Assembly (NCBI GenBank): GCA_035391305.1
Contig: DAOPKR010000001.1
Span: 37,290 to 101,289, forward strand
Reading direction: 5' to 3'
DNA: 64,000 nt
Origin: Draconibacterium sp.
GTDB taxonomy: Bacteria > Bacteroidota > Bacteroidia > Bacteroidales > Prolixibacteraceae
Under the pieces are notes generated by a model, which was given only the letters and a program-made list of their open reading frames with translations, searched no databases and was not told where the DNA came from. This document shows positions 1-10,260 of the stretch, piece after piece; positions within the stretch are counted from its first letter, which is position 1, and each line of letters opens with the position of its first letter. A program made the translations under genes and the position numbers.

Positions 1-31
1 TTCCTGGCAATAATTAAAAAATCAATGAATT

Positions 32-421
32 ATGAATCCGGTAGTACATTTCGAATTACCATACTTTGACGGGAAAAGGGCTGCCAAATTCTATGAATCT
101 GCTTTTGGTTGGAAATTGCAGGACCTTGGAGAAAATATGGGAAATTACATGCTTGCCACAACCGCAGAAACCGATGCAAAACCAGGCTTTCCGGCAGGTG
201 CAATAAACGGCGGGCTTTTCCCTTCAAAACCTGACTGGCCGGCGCAATATCCTTCTGTTGTAATTGGTGTTGAAAATATTGAAGAAAGTATTAAAAAGAT
301 AAATAACAACGGAGGCGAAGTTTTGGGCGAACCCATTGAAATTCCGGGTTTTGGAGTATATGTTTCATTCCTTGATACTGAAGGAAACCGGAACAGCATT
401 ATCCAGCCTGTTCAAATGTAA
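32..421 (+). CDS. VOC/glyoxalase family protein
   Basis: 129 aa. VVHFEL...AAKFYESAFGW, GAINGG, GGEVLGEP and F.DTEGN are typical VOC-family motifs. Confidence 0.88.
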   Translation: MNPVVHFELPYFDGKRAAKFYESAFGWKLQDLGENMGNYMLATTAETDAKPGFPAGAINGGLFPSKPDWPAQYPSVVIGVENIEESIKKINNNGGEVLGEPIEIPGFGVYVSFLDTEGNRNSIIQPVQM

Positions 422-545
422 TATTTCCCGAACTTGTATTTTTTGCTGCCAAAAAGGTTGAATGAAATTCAACAGCCAAAAATTGAAATATATAAAGAAC
501 CGGTTTAATATATTAAAACGCCAAATAATGCTCTTTAAAACAGTT

Positions 546-1409
546 TTATCCGTGACCAAATAAATAAAACACAAGAACCAGCATACCTTGTAAAAGCACT
601 GTTCCGTCTAAAATGTGATAGTAATACCGGCTCAGGTTTCTGAAGAATTTTAGCTTCAGAAAAAGATAGGTTATCAATAGTGAAATACTTAAGGCTTCGA
701 TTATAAACCAGCTGTTTTGCATTCGATAATGGAAAAGAGATATTAAAAACGAAACGGTTAACGAAAGGTAGGAAAGTAAAAGCGCTTTGTTCCGGTTAAT
801 CAAAATTGGGATAGTTTTTAAACCGGCATCACTGTCAGTTTGCATATCTCTGATATCAAATGGAATTGCAATAGAAAAAACAAAAAAGAATCGTTCAACA
901 AACAGAAGAATAACATGTGTTTCCATAATTTTCGCATCTGCGTCGATAACGGGTAAAAGAGTTGTAGTTGCCGACCACACAAAAGCAATCAAAAATATCT
1001 TCAGATATGGCACTTCCCGAAGCCTTAAAAAATAGTTTCTTTTAACTGCAACCGGAAACGAATAAAAAAAAGTAAGTATTGCCAACGGCAAAAAAGCAAT
1101 CAAAACTTCAGCTTTTGTGCTTAATAAAGCATACAAAAACAGAACAAGTGAAACTGTCAGAAAAAAAAATATTGTATTTCTGTTTTCCCTGATCTGGTAG
1201 CGTTTCTCAATGTTCAGGCTTATCTTTTTTGTAAGAATCAGGATAACAAGATCACGGTTATATTCTAATAAGGTAGCAAAGAAAATCAACAGTAAATAAG
1301 GTTGCCATTGTGGTTTCATTCCGAGTTGTACCTGCGCAGAAACAGTGAGTAAAACCGCACCAACTGAAAGGAAAATATTTGAAAATATAAATGTATTTAT
1401 CAGTTTCAA
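546..1409 (-). CDS. UbiA-like prenyltransferase family membrane protein
   Basis: About 8 hydrophobic segments, LREVPYLKIFLIAFVW and the Asp-rich PFDIRDMQTD...GLKTIP motif. TTG start. Confidence 0.75.
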   Translation of the reverse strand: MKLINTFIFSNIFLSVGAVLLTVSAQVQLGMKPQWQPYLLLIFFATLLEYNRDLVILILTKKISLNIEKRYQIRENRNTIFFFLTVSLVLFLYALLSTKAEVLIAFLPLAILTFFYSFPVAVKRNYFLRLREVPYLKIFLIAFVWSATTTLLPVIDADAKIMETHVILLFVERFFFVFSIAIPFDIRDMQTDSDAGLKTIPILINRNKALLLSYLSLTVSFLISLFHYRMQNSWFIIEALSISLLITYLFLKLKFFRNLSRYYYHILDGTVLLQGMLVLVFYLFGHG

Positions 1410-1494
1410 AACTGTAATTTGTAATGGTAAATCCTATTTTCTATTATCGTTTATAACAAATACAAATGCAAACGGTTTTGAAATACAGGAAAGC

Positions 1495-2604
1495 TTACTT
1501 ATATATTCCCTTCAAATCAACTTCAAACAAAGTATAGGGGTCATTATAAAAATCCATAAAGTTGGGAACGCTAACCTGCCCAGGGAAAGGCGCATAAAAG
1601 TGGGTAGGACTGCGCGAGTCATTGCGCCAAACCAAAACATAGCAAAGTTGCATATTATCTTTTTTCATTACTTTCAACAGTGTTTCTGTCCACCAGGTTG
1701 TGTCAGGAATTGATTCCAACCCGGTTTCAGTAAAAGCTGCCAATTTTCCCTTTTTCATCGCATAATCCGAAACGATTTTAAGTTTGCGCGAAGCAGTTTC
1801 CAGATCGTAACGGTCGCGGCCCATGTCACCGTAGTTGTCCATACCAACCATGTCAACCCACTCATCGCCGGGATATCTTTCCAAAAATCTTTCTTCAGTA
1901 TTGAACCTGTTATCGGGCGAAAAAGCATATAAAAAGTTGTGAACTTCCAAACTGTCACGCAGGTACGAAACTGTAAATCTCCACAATGAAACAAACTCGT
2001 CCGTTGTACAATGCGGCGCTCCCCACCAAAACCAGCCTCCATCAAATTCGTGAAACGGGCGAAAAATTATGGGAACAAGTTTACCATCCGAACCCTCCAG
2101 ACTCTTTGCCCAGTCACCAATTCCCTGTAAAATTTCCTTATATTTTTCATGAGCTTCACCTCCCGGAATTATATATTTAACGGCAGGCAGCGAAACACTG
2201 TCTTTCCAGTAAAATCCACCTTCCGAAACCGGGTTGTTGAAATGCCAGGCGGCAGTTGTAACTCCTCCCCGGTTATAAGTATCAACAACATTTTTTCTGA
2301 GCTTTTCCTTTTCGCGATCAATTGCTTCCTGCCGCCGACCCGAAAAACCGCTAAAATCAATACCAATCATTGCCGGATGTGAGCCGCAAACTGATTTTAC
2401 GTCGGATCGGTTTTCATCGCCAAACCAGCCGTGGCCATATTCTGTGGCATGCTGGTGTGCAAAAAGCGTGTGGCTTTTCGAAAGTTCTTTCAGATTTTTA
2501 AACAGCGCAACTGTTTCTTTTGTAGCTTTTGCATCAATAGTTTGCGCTGATGAAGTACTTGAAACAAGCAGCGTTAAAACAAGAAGACTAAAAAATGATT
2601 TCAT
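1495..2604 (-). CDS. GH26 beta-mannanase-like glycoside hydrolase
   Basis: Signal peptide, FRPFHEFDGGWFWWG (acid/base Glu), YPGDEWVDMVGMDNY and AAFTETG (nucleophile Glu). Confidence 0.92.
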   Translation of the reverse strand: MKSFFSLLVLTLLVSSTSSAQTIDAKATKETVALFKNLKELSKSHTLFAHQHATEYGHGWFGDENRSDVKSVCGSHPAMIGIDFSGFSGRRQEAIDREKEKLRKNVVDTYNRGGVTTAAWHFNNPVSEGGFYWKDSVSLPAVKYIIPGGEAHEKYKEILQGIGDWAKSLEGSDGKLVPIIFRPFHEFDGGWFWWGAPHCTTDEFVSLWRFTVSYLRDSLEVHNFLYAFSPDNRFNTEERFLERYPGDEWVDMVGMDNYGDMGRDRYDLETASRKLKIVSDYAMKKGKLAAFTETGLESIPDTTWWTETLLKVMKKDNMQLCYVLVWRNDSRSPTHFYAPFPGQVSVPNFMDFYNDPYTLFEVDLKGIYK

Positions 2605-2625
2605 AATTGCAAAATATAAACGAAC

Positions 2626-4788
2626 TTAGATTCCCGGCATATATAACTCCCTTATATTCATGTATTCTTCCAGGGTTTTATCTGATTTTTCAATATATTC
2701 AGGAATTGGCAATTTTGAAAAAGTTTGAAAATAAAGAATACATGAATTTCGCCACCAAACTGCTTCCTTTTCCTGAATTTTTAAAAGTGATTGTACATAA
2801 TTAAACCGTTCGGAATCCACAAATTTATCAAGTGAATTCCAGCTTTTCTGCATTTCTCTTACTGCATTAACACCACCATTATAATGATAACATATTTCGT
2901 CCCATAGAATATAACCTGATTTCAATTTATAATTCCAGGGAACATGGTGAAACCACAAAAGATATTCTTCAGGGCAAGTTTCAATGTTATTAAATTTATC
3001 AGCAACTGGCTGAAAATACTGACTTGTTGCGTTACTTCCGGTTTGTGTGCGATTGAAACCGATGCCAACCGAATCGGCGCGGTGATAATAAACCGCTGTC
3101 CAGTCGGGCCGGCCACCAGTTACCCACGGACCCGGGCCGTGATGATGACTACGCCCCATAATATGATGCAAACCAAGCGGAGTCATATAATTCACACAGT
3201 TTTCGCGCGAAACAAGCATCATTTTTAAAACAGGCTGAACAAACTTTTCATTATTTGTGAAAGTCATCCGAATCCATTCATCAGCAATTTCCGCCGAAGT
3301 CAAATACGGATTCCACGCCAATCGCCCGAATGCATACCAATTTGCCTGTCCGAACGGATGACCGGTCCAGTTTCGGTCTGTTCCAATGTTTGCCACCCCT
3401 GCCATTCCGGTAAGTTTCTGTCCAAACAAAGTTCCATCAACCGAACTTGCAACAGTTGAGCCTTCTCCTTTTGCGTATGTATCAGCTTTTAAACATTCTT
3501 CGAAAAGTGGCGCCAGAAAAACAAGATGCGTTGAAAACCCAAGATATTCCTGTGTAATCTGAAACTCCATCATAACATTGGATTTTTCCATTGCACCAAA
3601 AAGCGGGTGAAACGGTTCGCGTGGCTGGAAATCGATAGCGCCGTTTTTAACCTGAATAATTACATTTTCCCTGAATTTTCCATCAAGGGGTTTAAACTCG
3701 CTGAATGCCTGTTTTGCCCTGTCGTCGGGAACATTCTGGTCGTAAACAAAAGCCCGCCACATTACAATTCCACCGAATGGAGCAACAGCATCAGCAAGCA
3801 AATTTGCACCTTCTGCATGATTGCGGTTGTAGTTTTGCGGCCCGGGCTGGCCTTCAGAATTAGCCTTTACAAGAAATCCACCAAAATCAGGAATATACTT
3901 ATAAATCTCTTCTGCCTTATTTTTCCACCAAAGCTGAACCTGTGGATCCAGAGGATCAGCAGTCGGTAATTTATCCAGTTCAATTGGAGCGCTGAAACGC
4001 GCAGTCAGATAAACCTTAATTCCATACGGACGAAAAACATCAGCTAGTTTTGCAATTTTTTCAAGATAAAGCGGTGTTAATATCAATGCATTTGCATTAA
4101 CATTTGTAATTACACTTCCGTTAATCCCGATTGATGCATTTGCACGGGCATAATCAGTATATCTCGGATCGGCAACATCGGGCAAACGAAACCAGTCCCA
4201 CAGTGAAAAACCTGCATAACCGCGTTCAACAGTGCGATCCAGATTGTCCCAGTGGTTCAGAATGCGGATTTTGGTTTTTGGAGCATCTGAAAAATTCAGA
4301 TTCGAAATATCCATTTCCTGCTGCAGAAACTCAAGAAATCTAAATACACCATATAAAATTCCAACATCGGTATTTCCTGTAATGATTATATTATTTGATT
4401 TAAAACTTTTTATCAAAAAACCTTCATTTCCAAGTTTTTCTAATTCCGAATCGTTTACATTTCCTGAAATAAACTTTGAAGCCGATCGCAATGCAACAAT
4501 TAGATTTCCTCCATTTTCACTAAATTCTGAAAAAGAAATTTTGGAATCCAACAAATTTGGAAGTGCTGTTTTCAGCTCCTTTTCTACTGCATTGAAAGTG
4601 GGAGTTTCGTTTTCAATTACAACATTTTTCAATTGTAACTGATAGTTTTTAAGTAAATCCGGATTTTCAATTTTTTTGTATCGCAACCATAAATCATAAC
4701 CATCTTCTGCTTTAGTTTTAATGGGATTTGAAAAAACCAAAATAAAAATCAAGAATGCTGTTACAAAAGCCGAATGACTGTTTTTCAT
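2626..4788 (-). CDS. aguA: GH67 alpha-glucuronidase
   Basis: EDGYDLWLRY, NHWDNLDRTVERGYAG, KANSEGQPGP, DFQPREP and EFQITQEYLG motifs; signal peptide. Confidence 0.95.
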   Translation of the reverse strand: MKNSHSAFVTAFLIFILVFSNPIKTKAEDGYDLWLRYKKIENPDLLKNYQLQLKNVVIENETPTFNAVEKELKTALPNLLDSKISFSEFSENGGNLIVALRSASKFISGNVNDSELEKLGNEGFLIKSFKSNNIIITGNTDVGILYGVFRFLEFLQQEMDISNLNFSDAPKTKIRILNHWDNLDRTVERGYAGFSLWDWFRLPDVADPRYTDYARANASIGINGSVITNVNANALILTPLYLEKIAKLADVFRPYGIKVYLTARFSAPIELDKLPTADPLDPQVQLWWKNKAEEIYKYIPDFGGFLVKANSEGQPGPQNYNRNHAEGANLLADAVAPFGGIVMWRAFVYDQNVPDDRAKQAFSEFKPLDGKFRENVIIQVKNGAIDFQPREPFHPLFGAMEKSNVMMEFQITQEYLGFSTHLVFLAPLFEECLKADTYAKGEGSTVASSVDGTLFGQKLTGMAGVANIGTDRNWTGHPFGQANWYAFGRLAWNPYLTSAEIADEWIRMTFTNNEKFVQPVLKMMLVSRENCVNYMTPLGLHHIMGRSHHHGPGPWVTGGRPDWTAVYYHRADSVGIGFNRTQTGSNATSQYFQPVADKFNNIETCPEEYLLWFHHVPWNYKLKSGYILWDEICYHYNGGVNAVREMQKSWNSLDKFVDSERFNYVQSLLKIQEKEAVWWRNSCILYFQTFSKLPIPEYIEKSDKTLEEYMNIRELYMPGI

Positions 4789-4824
4789 TTTAATCTGTTA
4801 CTTATGAGCTAATTAAACAAGTTT

Positions 4825-6300
4825 CTAACGTTGAAAACTCTCCTCGTGAACCATATTTCCATCCACATCAAAATGCTGAAAAATAAGTGTTGGTTTTCCA
4901 TTTTTCCGGGTTACTTCACCTCGCAGAAATCCTCCTTTTACCCGAAGAAAACGATGTTCGGGGCGAACATCTTCCTGAGACCACCCACCTGCGTGAATAT
5001 CGGAACCTGCACCGCAACTGAATTCCCAAAGATTTGTTCCTTCAAAATGCGTAACATATTGCCAGTGTCGGTCGCCATTACACAGAAATACATTGTCGAA
5101 CTGATTCAGGTATTCTCTTATTTCATCACCCTCGTATTTAAATCCTGAATTTGAATAGTTGTCATTTTTTTTAGTACGATCGGGGCCGAGAATGGGATTT
5201 GCATTGATAATTACTTTAAAAGTTGCATCCGATTCTTTTAACGTTCTGAAAAGCCACTCTTTTTGTTCCTTACCGAAAATTGTTTTTTCAGGTCCGTCTT
5301 CAACAGTATTTTTTGTCCGGTAAGTTCGGCCTTCGGTAATCCAAATCTGCAAATCTTTTCCCCAGCGAATGGTTTTGTAAGTGGTGTCAGCACCTGGAAA
5401 TTGCTCTTTATCAAAAATTTCGAGTCCCCGTTCCCAGGAAACTGTTCCATAAGTCATTCCCGGAAATGCATCATCCGAAAGAATATCATGGTCATCTTTC
5501 ATAAAATAACTTGTTGTGTTTTCCCAAAAATTTCGTTGTAATGGCAAAGCAAACAAGCGATCCCATTTAAACCGCATCAATTCTTCAGTAAGTGCATAAG
5601 GTTCAGGCTTGTCATAATATTCCACATCACCGGTGTGGACGTAAAAATCGGGAAACATTTTCATCATGGCACTATATATTTTGTGGCCGTCAGTAGTGTC
5701 TTTTCGCCAGTAATCGTGGCAGGTAACAATGCAAAATTCAATATCATTTTCTGCTTCAGCAGTTGGGGGAGTTCGAAATGAGCCTTCAACTTTATCAGAA
5801 ACTTTTGACTTCGCATTTTGACGGGCTTCAATTTCAACCACATATTTTGTATCGGGAATTAAATTCTCCAGTTTCCATTGGGTTTTAAAATTCTTATTTT
5901 CATCAACCGAAACCCAATCCGTTTGTGTCTTTTTTTCTGAATCGCTTAAAGGAAAATAAGTAAGTTTTACTTCACCCGCAGCTCCCGGACAAGCGCCAAT
6001 CATCTCATCCAAACTTAATCCTTCAGGTATTTGTGTTTTATAAATACTGTCGGTATTTGCTTCTCTGTCCAATTTTCGATGCTCTTCTGCTGATGGGACA
6101 AGAAATTTTTCACCACCGGAATTTCCTTCCGGATTTTTTGTCAACCGGGTCCAGATTACAATTGAATTATGGTCGGCCCACCCGTTGTGAAAGCCGTTGC
6201 CAAAATATGGGCCGTTGGTTTCTTTTTGGGTTTGGCACGAGAAAAGAACTATTGTCAACGGAAGAGTTAAAATGAAAGATAGTTTTTGTAGTAATTTCAT
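4825..6300 (-). CDS. PhoD-like (alkaline phosphatase D family) metallophosphatase lipoprotein
   Basis: Lipobox LFSC, IWTR, HTGDVEYYD, KDDHD and GDRHW metal-binding motifs. Confidence 0.82.
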   Translation of the reverse strand: MKLLQKLSFILTLPLTIVLFSCQTQKETNGPYFGNGFHNGWADHNSIVIWTRLTKNPEGNSGGEKFLVPSAEEHRKLDREANTDSIYKTQIPEGLSLDEMIGACPGAAGEVKLTYFPLSDSEKKTQTDWVSVDENKNFKTQWKLENLIPDTKYVVEIEARQNAKSKVSDKVEGSFRTPPTAEAENDIEFCIVTCHDYWRKDTTDGHKIYSAMMKMFPDFYVHTGDVEYYDKPEPYALTEELMRFKWDRLFALPLQRNFWENTTSYFMKDDHDILSDDAFPGMTYGTVSWERGLEIFDKEQFPGADTTYKTIRWGKDLQIWITEGRTYRTKNTVEDGPEKTIFGKEQKEWLFRTLKESDATFKVIINANPILGPDRTKKNDNYSNSGFKYEGDEIREYLNQFDNVFLCNGDRHWQYVTHFEGTNLWEFSCGAGSDIHAGGWSQEDVRPEHRFLRVKGGFLRGEVTRKNGKPTLIFQHFDVDGNMVHEESFQR

Positions 6301-6313
6301 TGTTTTATTGTTT

Positions 6314-7207
6314 TTACTTTTCTTGCTTATTTAGTTCTTTAATTAAATGAATTATGGATACTGAATCCTTATCCATTTTTGAAAAAGCAAACCACTTTTT
6401 ACCCAAATCTTTTAAAGATGCGCCAAAATGAAATACTGTTTCATTATCTATTATAAGAAAACGGTCATGAGATCTATCGAACTGTTTTACAGTTAAATTA
6501 TGATATTGAGAATTGAATTTATCGGCATCAAGTTTTAGTTGTTTGGAAATGGTTTTTGTAAGAACTAAACAATTTACAGTTTCAGATTTCTTTGACAGAA
6601 GCGTAAGTACTGTATCATCGATGTAATTATCGATTAGCACAATGTTTTGCTTTGAGGAACGAATAATATCTGAAACAAATTTATGAGCATCGAAAATTTG
6701 TCCTTCGTAGAAAATTCCCTGATTTGGAATTTTCTCATTGCTTTCCAGTGCTTTAAATATTTTTTCAAACTTATGATCTGTTTCCAGTTGTTTTAATTCA
6801 ATTCTATCAAGCCGATGGAACAAAGATGCGTTTGCAGCAGCAAAACGACGCATTTCAACAAAGGCATTTATAATTGCAATGCTCACTTTTACAGCAACAT
6901 CACTTCTTAATACTGCTGACAACATTGAAACACCTTGTTCTGTAAAGGCGAAAGGATTAACAGAAGAATGTTTTAAATTCACGAACCGGTCGCAATTTGC
7001 GACCAGTTCACTTTTCTCTTTTGCAGATAATTGAAAATGAAAATTATCAGGAAATCGATCAATATTTCTTTTTACCTGTTCATTTAATCTTTTTACCGGC
7101 ACCTGGTATAATTCAGCCAAATCTCTGTCAACCATTACTTGAATGCCACGGAAAGTAAAAATTCGATTTTGTATTTCGTTCGCTGTTAAAATGTTAATTT
7201 CATTCAT
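6314..7207 (-). CDS. ORF6N-domain protein with C-terminal PLD-like domain
   Basis: VMVDRDLAELY...LNEQVKRNIDRFP..F.FQL and AFTEQGVSMLSAVL mark ORF6N. C-terminal IVLIDNYID and HDRFLIID...GASLKDLGKK. Start moved to ATG at 7207 to avoid overlapping the sulfatase. Confidence 0.88.
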   Translation of the reverse strand: MNEINILTANEIQNRIFTFRGIQVMVDRDLAELYQVPVKRLNEQVKRNIDRFPDNFHFQLSAKEKSELVANCDRFVNLKHSSVNPFAFTEQGVSMLSAVLRSDVAVKVSIAIINAFVEMRRFAAANASLFHRLDRIELKQLETDHKFEKIFKALESNEKIPNQGIFYEGQIFDAHKFVSDIIRSSKQNIVLIDNYIDDTVLTLLSKKSETVNCLVLTKTISKQLKLDADKFNSQYHNLTVKQFDRSHDRFLIIDNETVFHFGASLKDLGKKWFAFSKMDKDSVSIIHLIKELNKQEK

Positions 7208-7220
7208 GGCTTTATCTTCT

Positions 7221-8789
7221 TTAAAGAACAGGCAACTGTGTTTTCCATTCCTCAAACAGCTTCTCCAGTTCTTCTACTTTTTCAGGATTTTGGTTTGCCA
7301 GATCATTTGTTTCAGTCGGGTCGCTTTCGAGACTATAAAGTTCCCAGGGATTTTCCAATCCTTCTTTTACAATTTTGAAGGAATTGAAATAAACTGCTTG
7401 TCCATCCTGCCATTCCCAGAAAATTGGCTTTTCCCGTTGTTTGTTTTCCCCCAGAAAAACCGGCAACAAACTTTGCCCCTGCATCGGAGTAATTTTCTGA
7501 TTGGCATATTCTTCAGGGTACACAGCACCAGTTAAATCAACAAAAGTTGCCATAAAATCGATAAAATGACCGGGGAATTTATTGAAAGTTTTACCCTCAA
7601 TTTTGTTTGGCCAGTATGCAATTAGAGGTGTATTTATCCCACCTTCATAACTAAAATTCTTAAAGAAACGAAAAGGTGTGTTTCCCACATTTGCCCAGTC
7701 GCTGCCCAGAGATGTCCAGCGCGTCATTGTCCCAATTTCGCCATAATCATCGTCAATATTTACCATTTCGGCCGATGCCCCGTTATCAGAAACAAACAAA
7801 ATCAACGTATTTTCATCCTTCCCAATTTCTTTAAGTTTTGCAAGAAGCTTTCCAATATTTTGGTCAAGCCGGTCAATCATTGCTGCATAAACTTCCATTT
7901 TCCTGATCTCCCCGGTTCTGATAGAATCATTCAATTCGTCCCAGTTTTGGTAAACGGGTTCTGACAATTTATAAGATTCATCAATTAATCCAAGTTCAAG
8001 TTGTTTTTTGTACCGTGCTTTTCTCACAGGTTCATAACCTGCATCATATTTACCTTTGTATTTTGCAATGTCTTCGGGCCAGGCCATTAATGGATCGTGA
8101 GGAGCTGTGTAGGCAAGATATAAAAAGAAAGGTTTTTTTTCGTTTTTATACTCTTCGAGCCAGTTTACAGCATATTTTGTAAAATAATCAGTTGTATAAA
8201 AATCACGTTCATCGGGTGTGTAAGGATTAAACATTACACTATCAATACACCACGAACGAACGGTTTTGTTGCCGGGTTTTCCTTTTCGGGCAGGAATTCC
8301 TTCATCCAGCCGCTGATTACCCGGATTAAAATGATTACATGCCCCATCCTTCAAACCATAATACCGGTCAAAACCACGTGTAACCGGATTTTCCAGGCCA
8401 TGGTGTTTTCCCGACCAAAGAGTCCGGTAACCGGCAGTTCGCAAAACCTCGCCAAGAGTAACCGAATTAACAAGCGGTTCTTTAAAGTTTTTTGCATATC
8501 CATTTTGTTGCGCATAAACCCCGGTCAGCAAACAAGCTCTCGAAGGGAAACATTTCGAGGTGTTGTGAAATTGGGTAAACCGCATACCGCCTTCAGCGAG
8601 TTTATCGATATTTGGAGTTTGAACCTCACTGCCGTAACAACCAATATCCGACCAGCCTAAATCATCAGCACTAATCAGAATAATATTTGGGTTGTTTATT
8701 TTTTCAGGATTTTTGTCAGGATTTTTTATGTTGCACGAAGCAAAAGGTGTGAAGAGAACCAGCAATAAAATCTTTGTATTTAAGTTCAT
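7221..8789 (-). CDS. Arylsulfatase (S1 formylglycine-dependent) lipoprotein
   Basis: NIILISADDLGWSD, CFPSRACLLTG (CxPxR), GKHH, APHDPL and SDNG. Lipobox FASC. ATG at 8789. Confidence 0.93.
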   Translation of the reverse strand: MNLNTKILLLVLFTPFASCNIKNPDKNPEKINNPNIILISADDLGWSDIGCYGSEVQTPNIDKLAEGGMRFTQFHNTSKCFPSRACLLTGVYAQQNGYAKNFKEPLVNSVTLGEVLRTAGYRTLWSGKHHGLENPVTRGFDRYYGLKDGACNHFNPGNQRLDEGIPARKGKPGNKTVRSWCIDSVMFNPYTPDERDFYTTDYFTKYAVNWLEEYKNEKKPFFLYLAYTAPHDPLMAWPEDIAKYKGKYDAGYEPVRKARYKKQLELGLIDESYKLSEPVYQNWDELNDSIRTGEIRKMEVYAAMIDRLDQNIGKLLAKLKEIGKDENTLILFVSDNGASAEMVNIDDDYGEIGTMTRWTSLGSDWANVGNTPFRFFKNFSYEGGINTPLIAYWPNKIEGKTFNKFPGHFIDFMATFVDLTGAVYPEEYANQKITPMQGQSLLPVFLGENKQREKPIFWEWQDGQAVYFNSFKIVKEGLENPWELYSLESDPTETNDLANQNPEKVEELEKLFEEWKTQLPVL

Positions 8790-8828
8790 TGTCAATCAGT
8801 TTAGTTGAAATAAAACTTCCTGTGTTTC

Positions 8829-8845
8829 CAAAAATAGTAAATTTG
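8829..8845. promoter_or_regulatory. Back-to-back Bacteroidota -7 promoter elements for the divergent sulfatase operon and M23 gene
   Basis: TATTTTTG on minus (8829-8836) and TAAATTTG on plus (8838-8845) both match TAnnTTTG in a divergent intergenic region. Confidence 0.4.
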
Positions 8846-8921
8846 ACTTGAAACATGTTGTTTCTATAAACTTTTGAATATTTTCTAATTTTATGTTCCT
8901 TCGTGTTCCTAAAAATAAAAT

Positions 8922-10169
8922 ATGAGACTTTTTTTTAAAAGACATTTACGCACGATTCTTTCAGTAGCCGTTTTGTTTGTGTTTCTGCCCTTTATTTTTT
9001 CTTGCGAAAAAGTTAAAGAAAAAGAAAAAGCAGAACCTTTTGTACTTCTGAAAGAGCCGGTTAAAAAATATGGTTTTCCAGTTGATTCATTTTTTATTGT
9101 GAACGAGAAAGTTGGTTCAGGCGAGTATTTAAGCACTATTTTAAGCCGGTTTGGAATTGGGTTGGGAACCATTGACACAATTGCCCGAAATTCAAAACCG
9201 GTATTTGATGTCCGCAAAATCAGGGAGGGTAACAATTACAGTATTATTCAGTCACGCGATACTTTAAAAACCGCGCTCTATTTTGTGTATGAAAACTCAC
9301 CAATCCACTACACTGTTTTTGAACTGTTTGATACTTTGCGTGTTTATGCCGGGCAAAAAGAAGTTAAATACATAGTTAAAACAGCGCAGGGAGTGATTGA
9401 ATCTTCTCTGTGGAATACAATGAAAGCCAACAATATAGACCCACAGCTGGCATTAAACCTTTCAGATGTTTATGCATGGACAATCGATTTTTTTGGTTTG
9501 CAAAAAGGCGACAGGTTCAGGGTGATTTATGATGAAATTTATGTTGATTCAGTTGCAATTGGTATCAACAATATTTACGCTGCAGAATTCGATCATTATG
9601 AAAAGGAGATATTTGCATTTCGTTTTAATCCGAACGATACAGTAGGTTATTATAACGAAAACGGAGAAAATCTTCAAAAAGAGTTTTTAAAAGCTCCGTT
9701 AAAGTTTTCGCGAATAAGTTCTCAGTTTTCAAATGGCCGGATGCACCCTGTTTTGCGTATTGTAAGGCCACACCACGGTGTTGATTATGCGGCGGCAAAA
9801 GGGACACCGGTTATGAGTATTGGTGAAGGTACTGTAATCCAAAAGGGCTGGGCCGGCGGAGGAGGAAACAGTATAAAAATAAAACACAATTCGGTTTATA
9901 CAACTCAATATATGCATCTTTCGGGCTATGCCGACGGAATTTACCAGGGAGCCAGAGTTCGCCAGGGACAGATAATCGGTTTTGTCGGATCAACAGGTTT
10001 GTCAACCGGACCACATTTGGATTTCAGGGTTTACAAGGGTGGAAGTGCAGTTAATCCGCTGACGCTGGAATCGCCACCGGCAAAACCCGTCGATCAGAAA
10101 TACATGCCGCAATACACTGTTTTAAAAGATTCGTTATTAAAGGATTTACAGAAAATTATGTGGAAATAG
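8922..10169 (+). CDS. M23 family peptidoglycan DD-endopeptidase (MepM-like)
   Basis: RMHPVL, HHGVDYAA (HxxxD), YMHLS and STGPHLDF; lipobox-like FSC. Confidence 0.92.
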   Translation: MRLFFKRHLRTILSVAVLFVFLPFIFSCEKVKEKEKAEPFVLLKEPVKKYGFPVDSFFIVNEKVGSGEYLSTILSRFGIGLGTIDTIARNSKPVFDVRKIREGNNYSIIQSRDTLKTALYFVYENSPIHYTVFELFDTLRVYAGQKEVKYIVKTAQGVIESSLWNTMKANNIDPQLALNLSDVYAWTIDFFGLQKGDRFRVIYDEIYVDSVAIGINNIYAAEFDHYEKEIFAFRFNPNDTVGYYNENGENLQKEFLKAPLKFSRISSQFSNGRMHPVLRIVRPHHGVDYAAAKGTPVMSIGEGTVIQKGWAGGGGNSIKIKHNSVYTTQYMHLSGYADGIYQGARVRQGQIIGFVGSTGLSTGPHLDFRVYKGGSAVNPLTLESPPAKPVDQKYMPQYTVLKDSLLKDLQKIMWK

Positions 10170-10201
10170 GGTTTGAGGAAGGTTAACGAGTTGCCAGTTT
10201 C

Positions 10202-10260
10202 TCAGGTTATCATTGTTGTGAATATCAAAATTAAATATCCTTTCAACAATGACAACCTGA
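10202..10260. repeat. 17-bp inverted repeat between convergent genes (possible bidirectional terminator)
   Basis: TCAGGTTATCATTGTTG (10202-10218) and CAACAATGACAACCTGA (10244-10260) are 16/17 complementary with a 25-nt loop. Confidence 0.6.

Noticed and set aside
9990-10030. M23 peptidase HLD in place of HxH as an inactive enzyme
   Set aside because: HxxxD and the first His are intact. To my knowledge GPHLD is a common natural variant in this subfamily, so there is no good evidence of inactivation.
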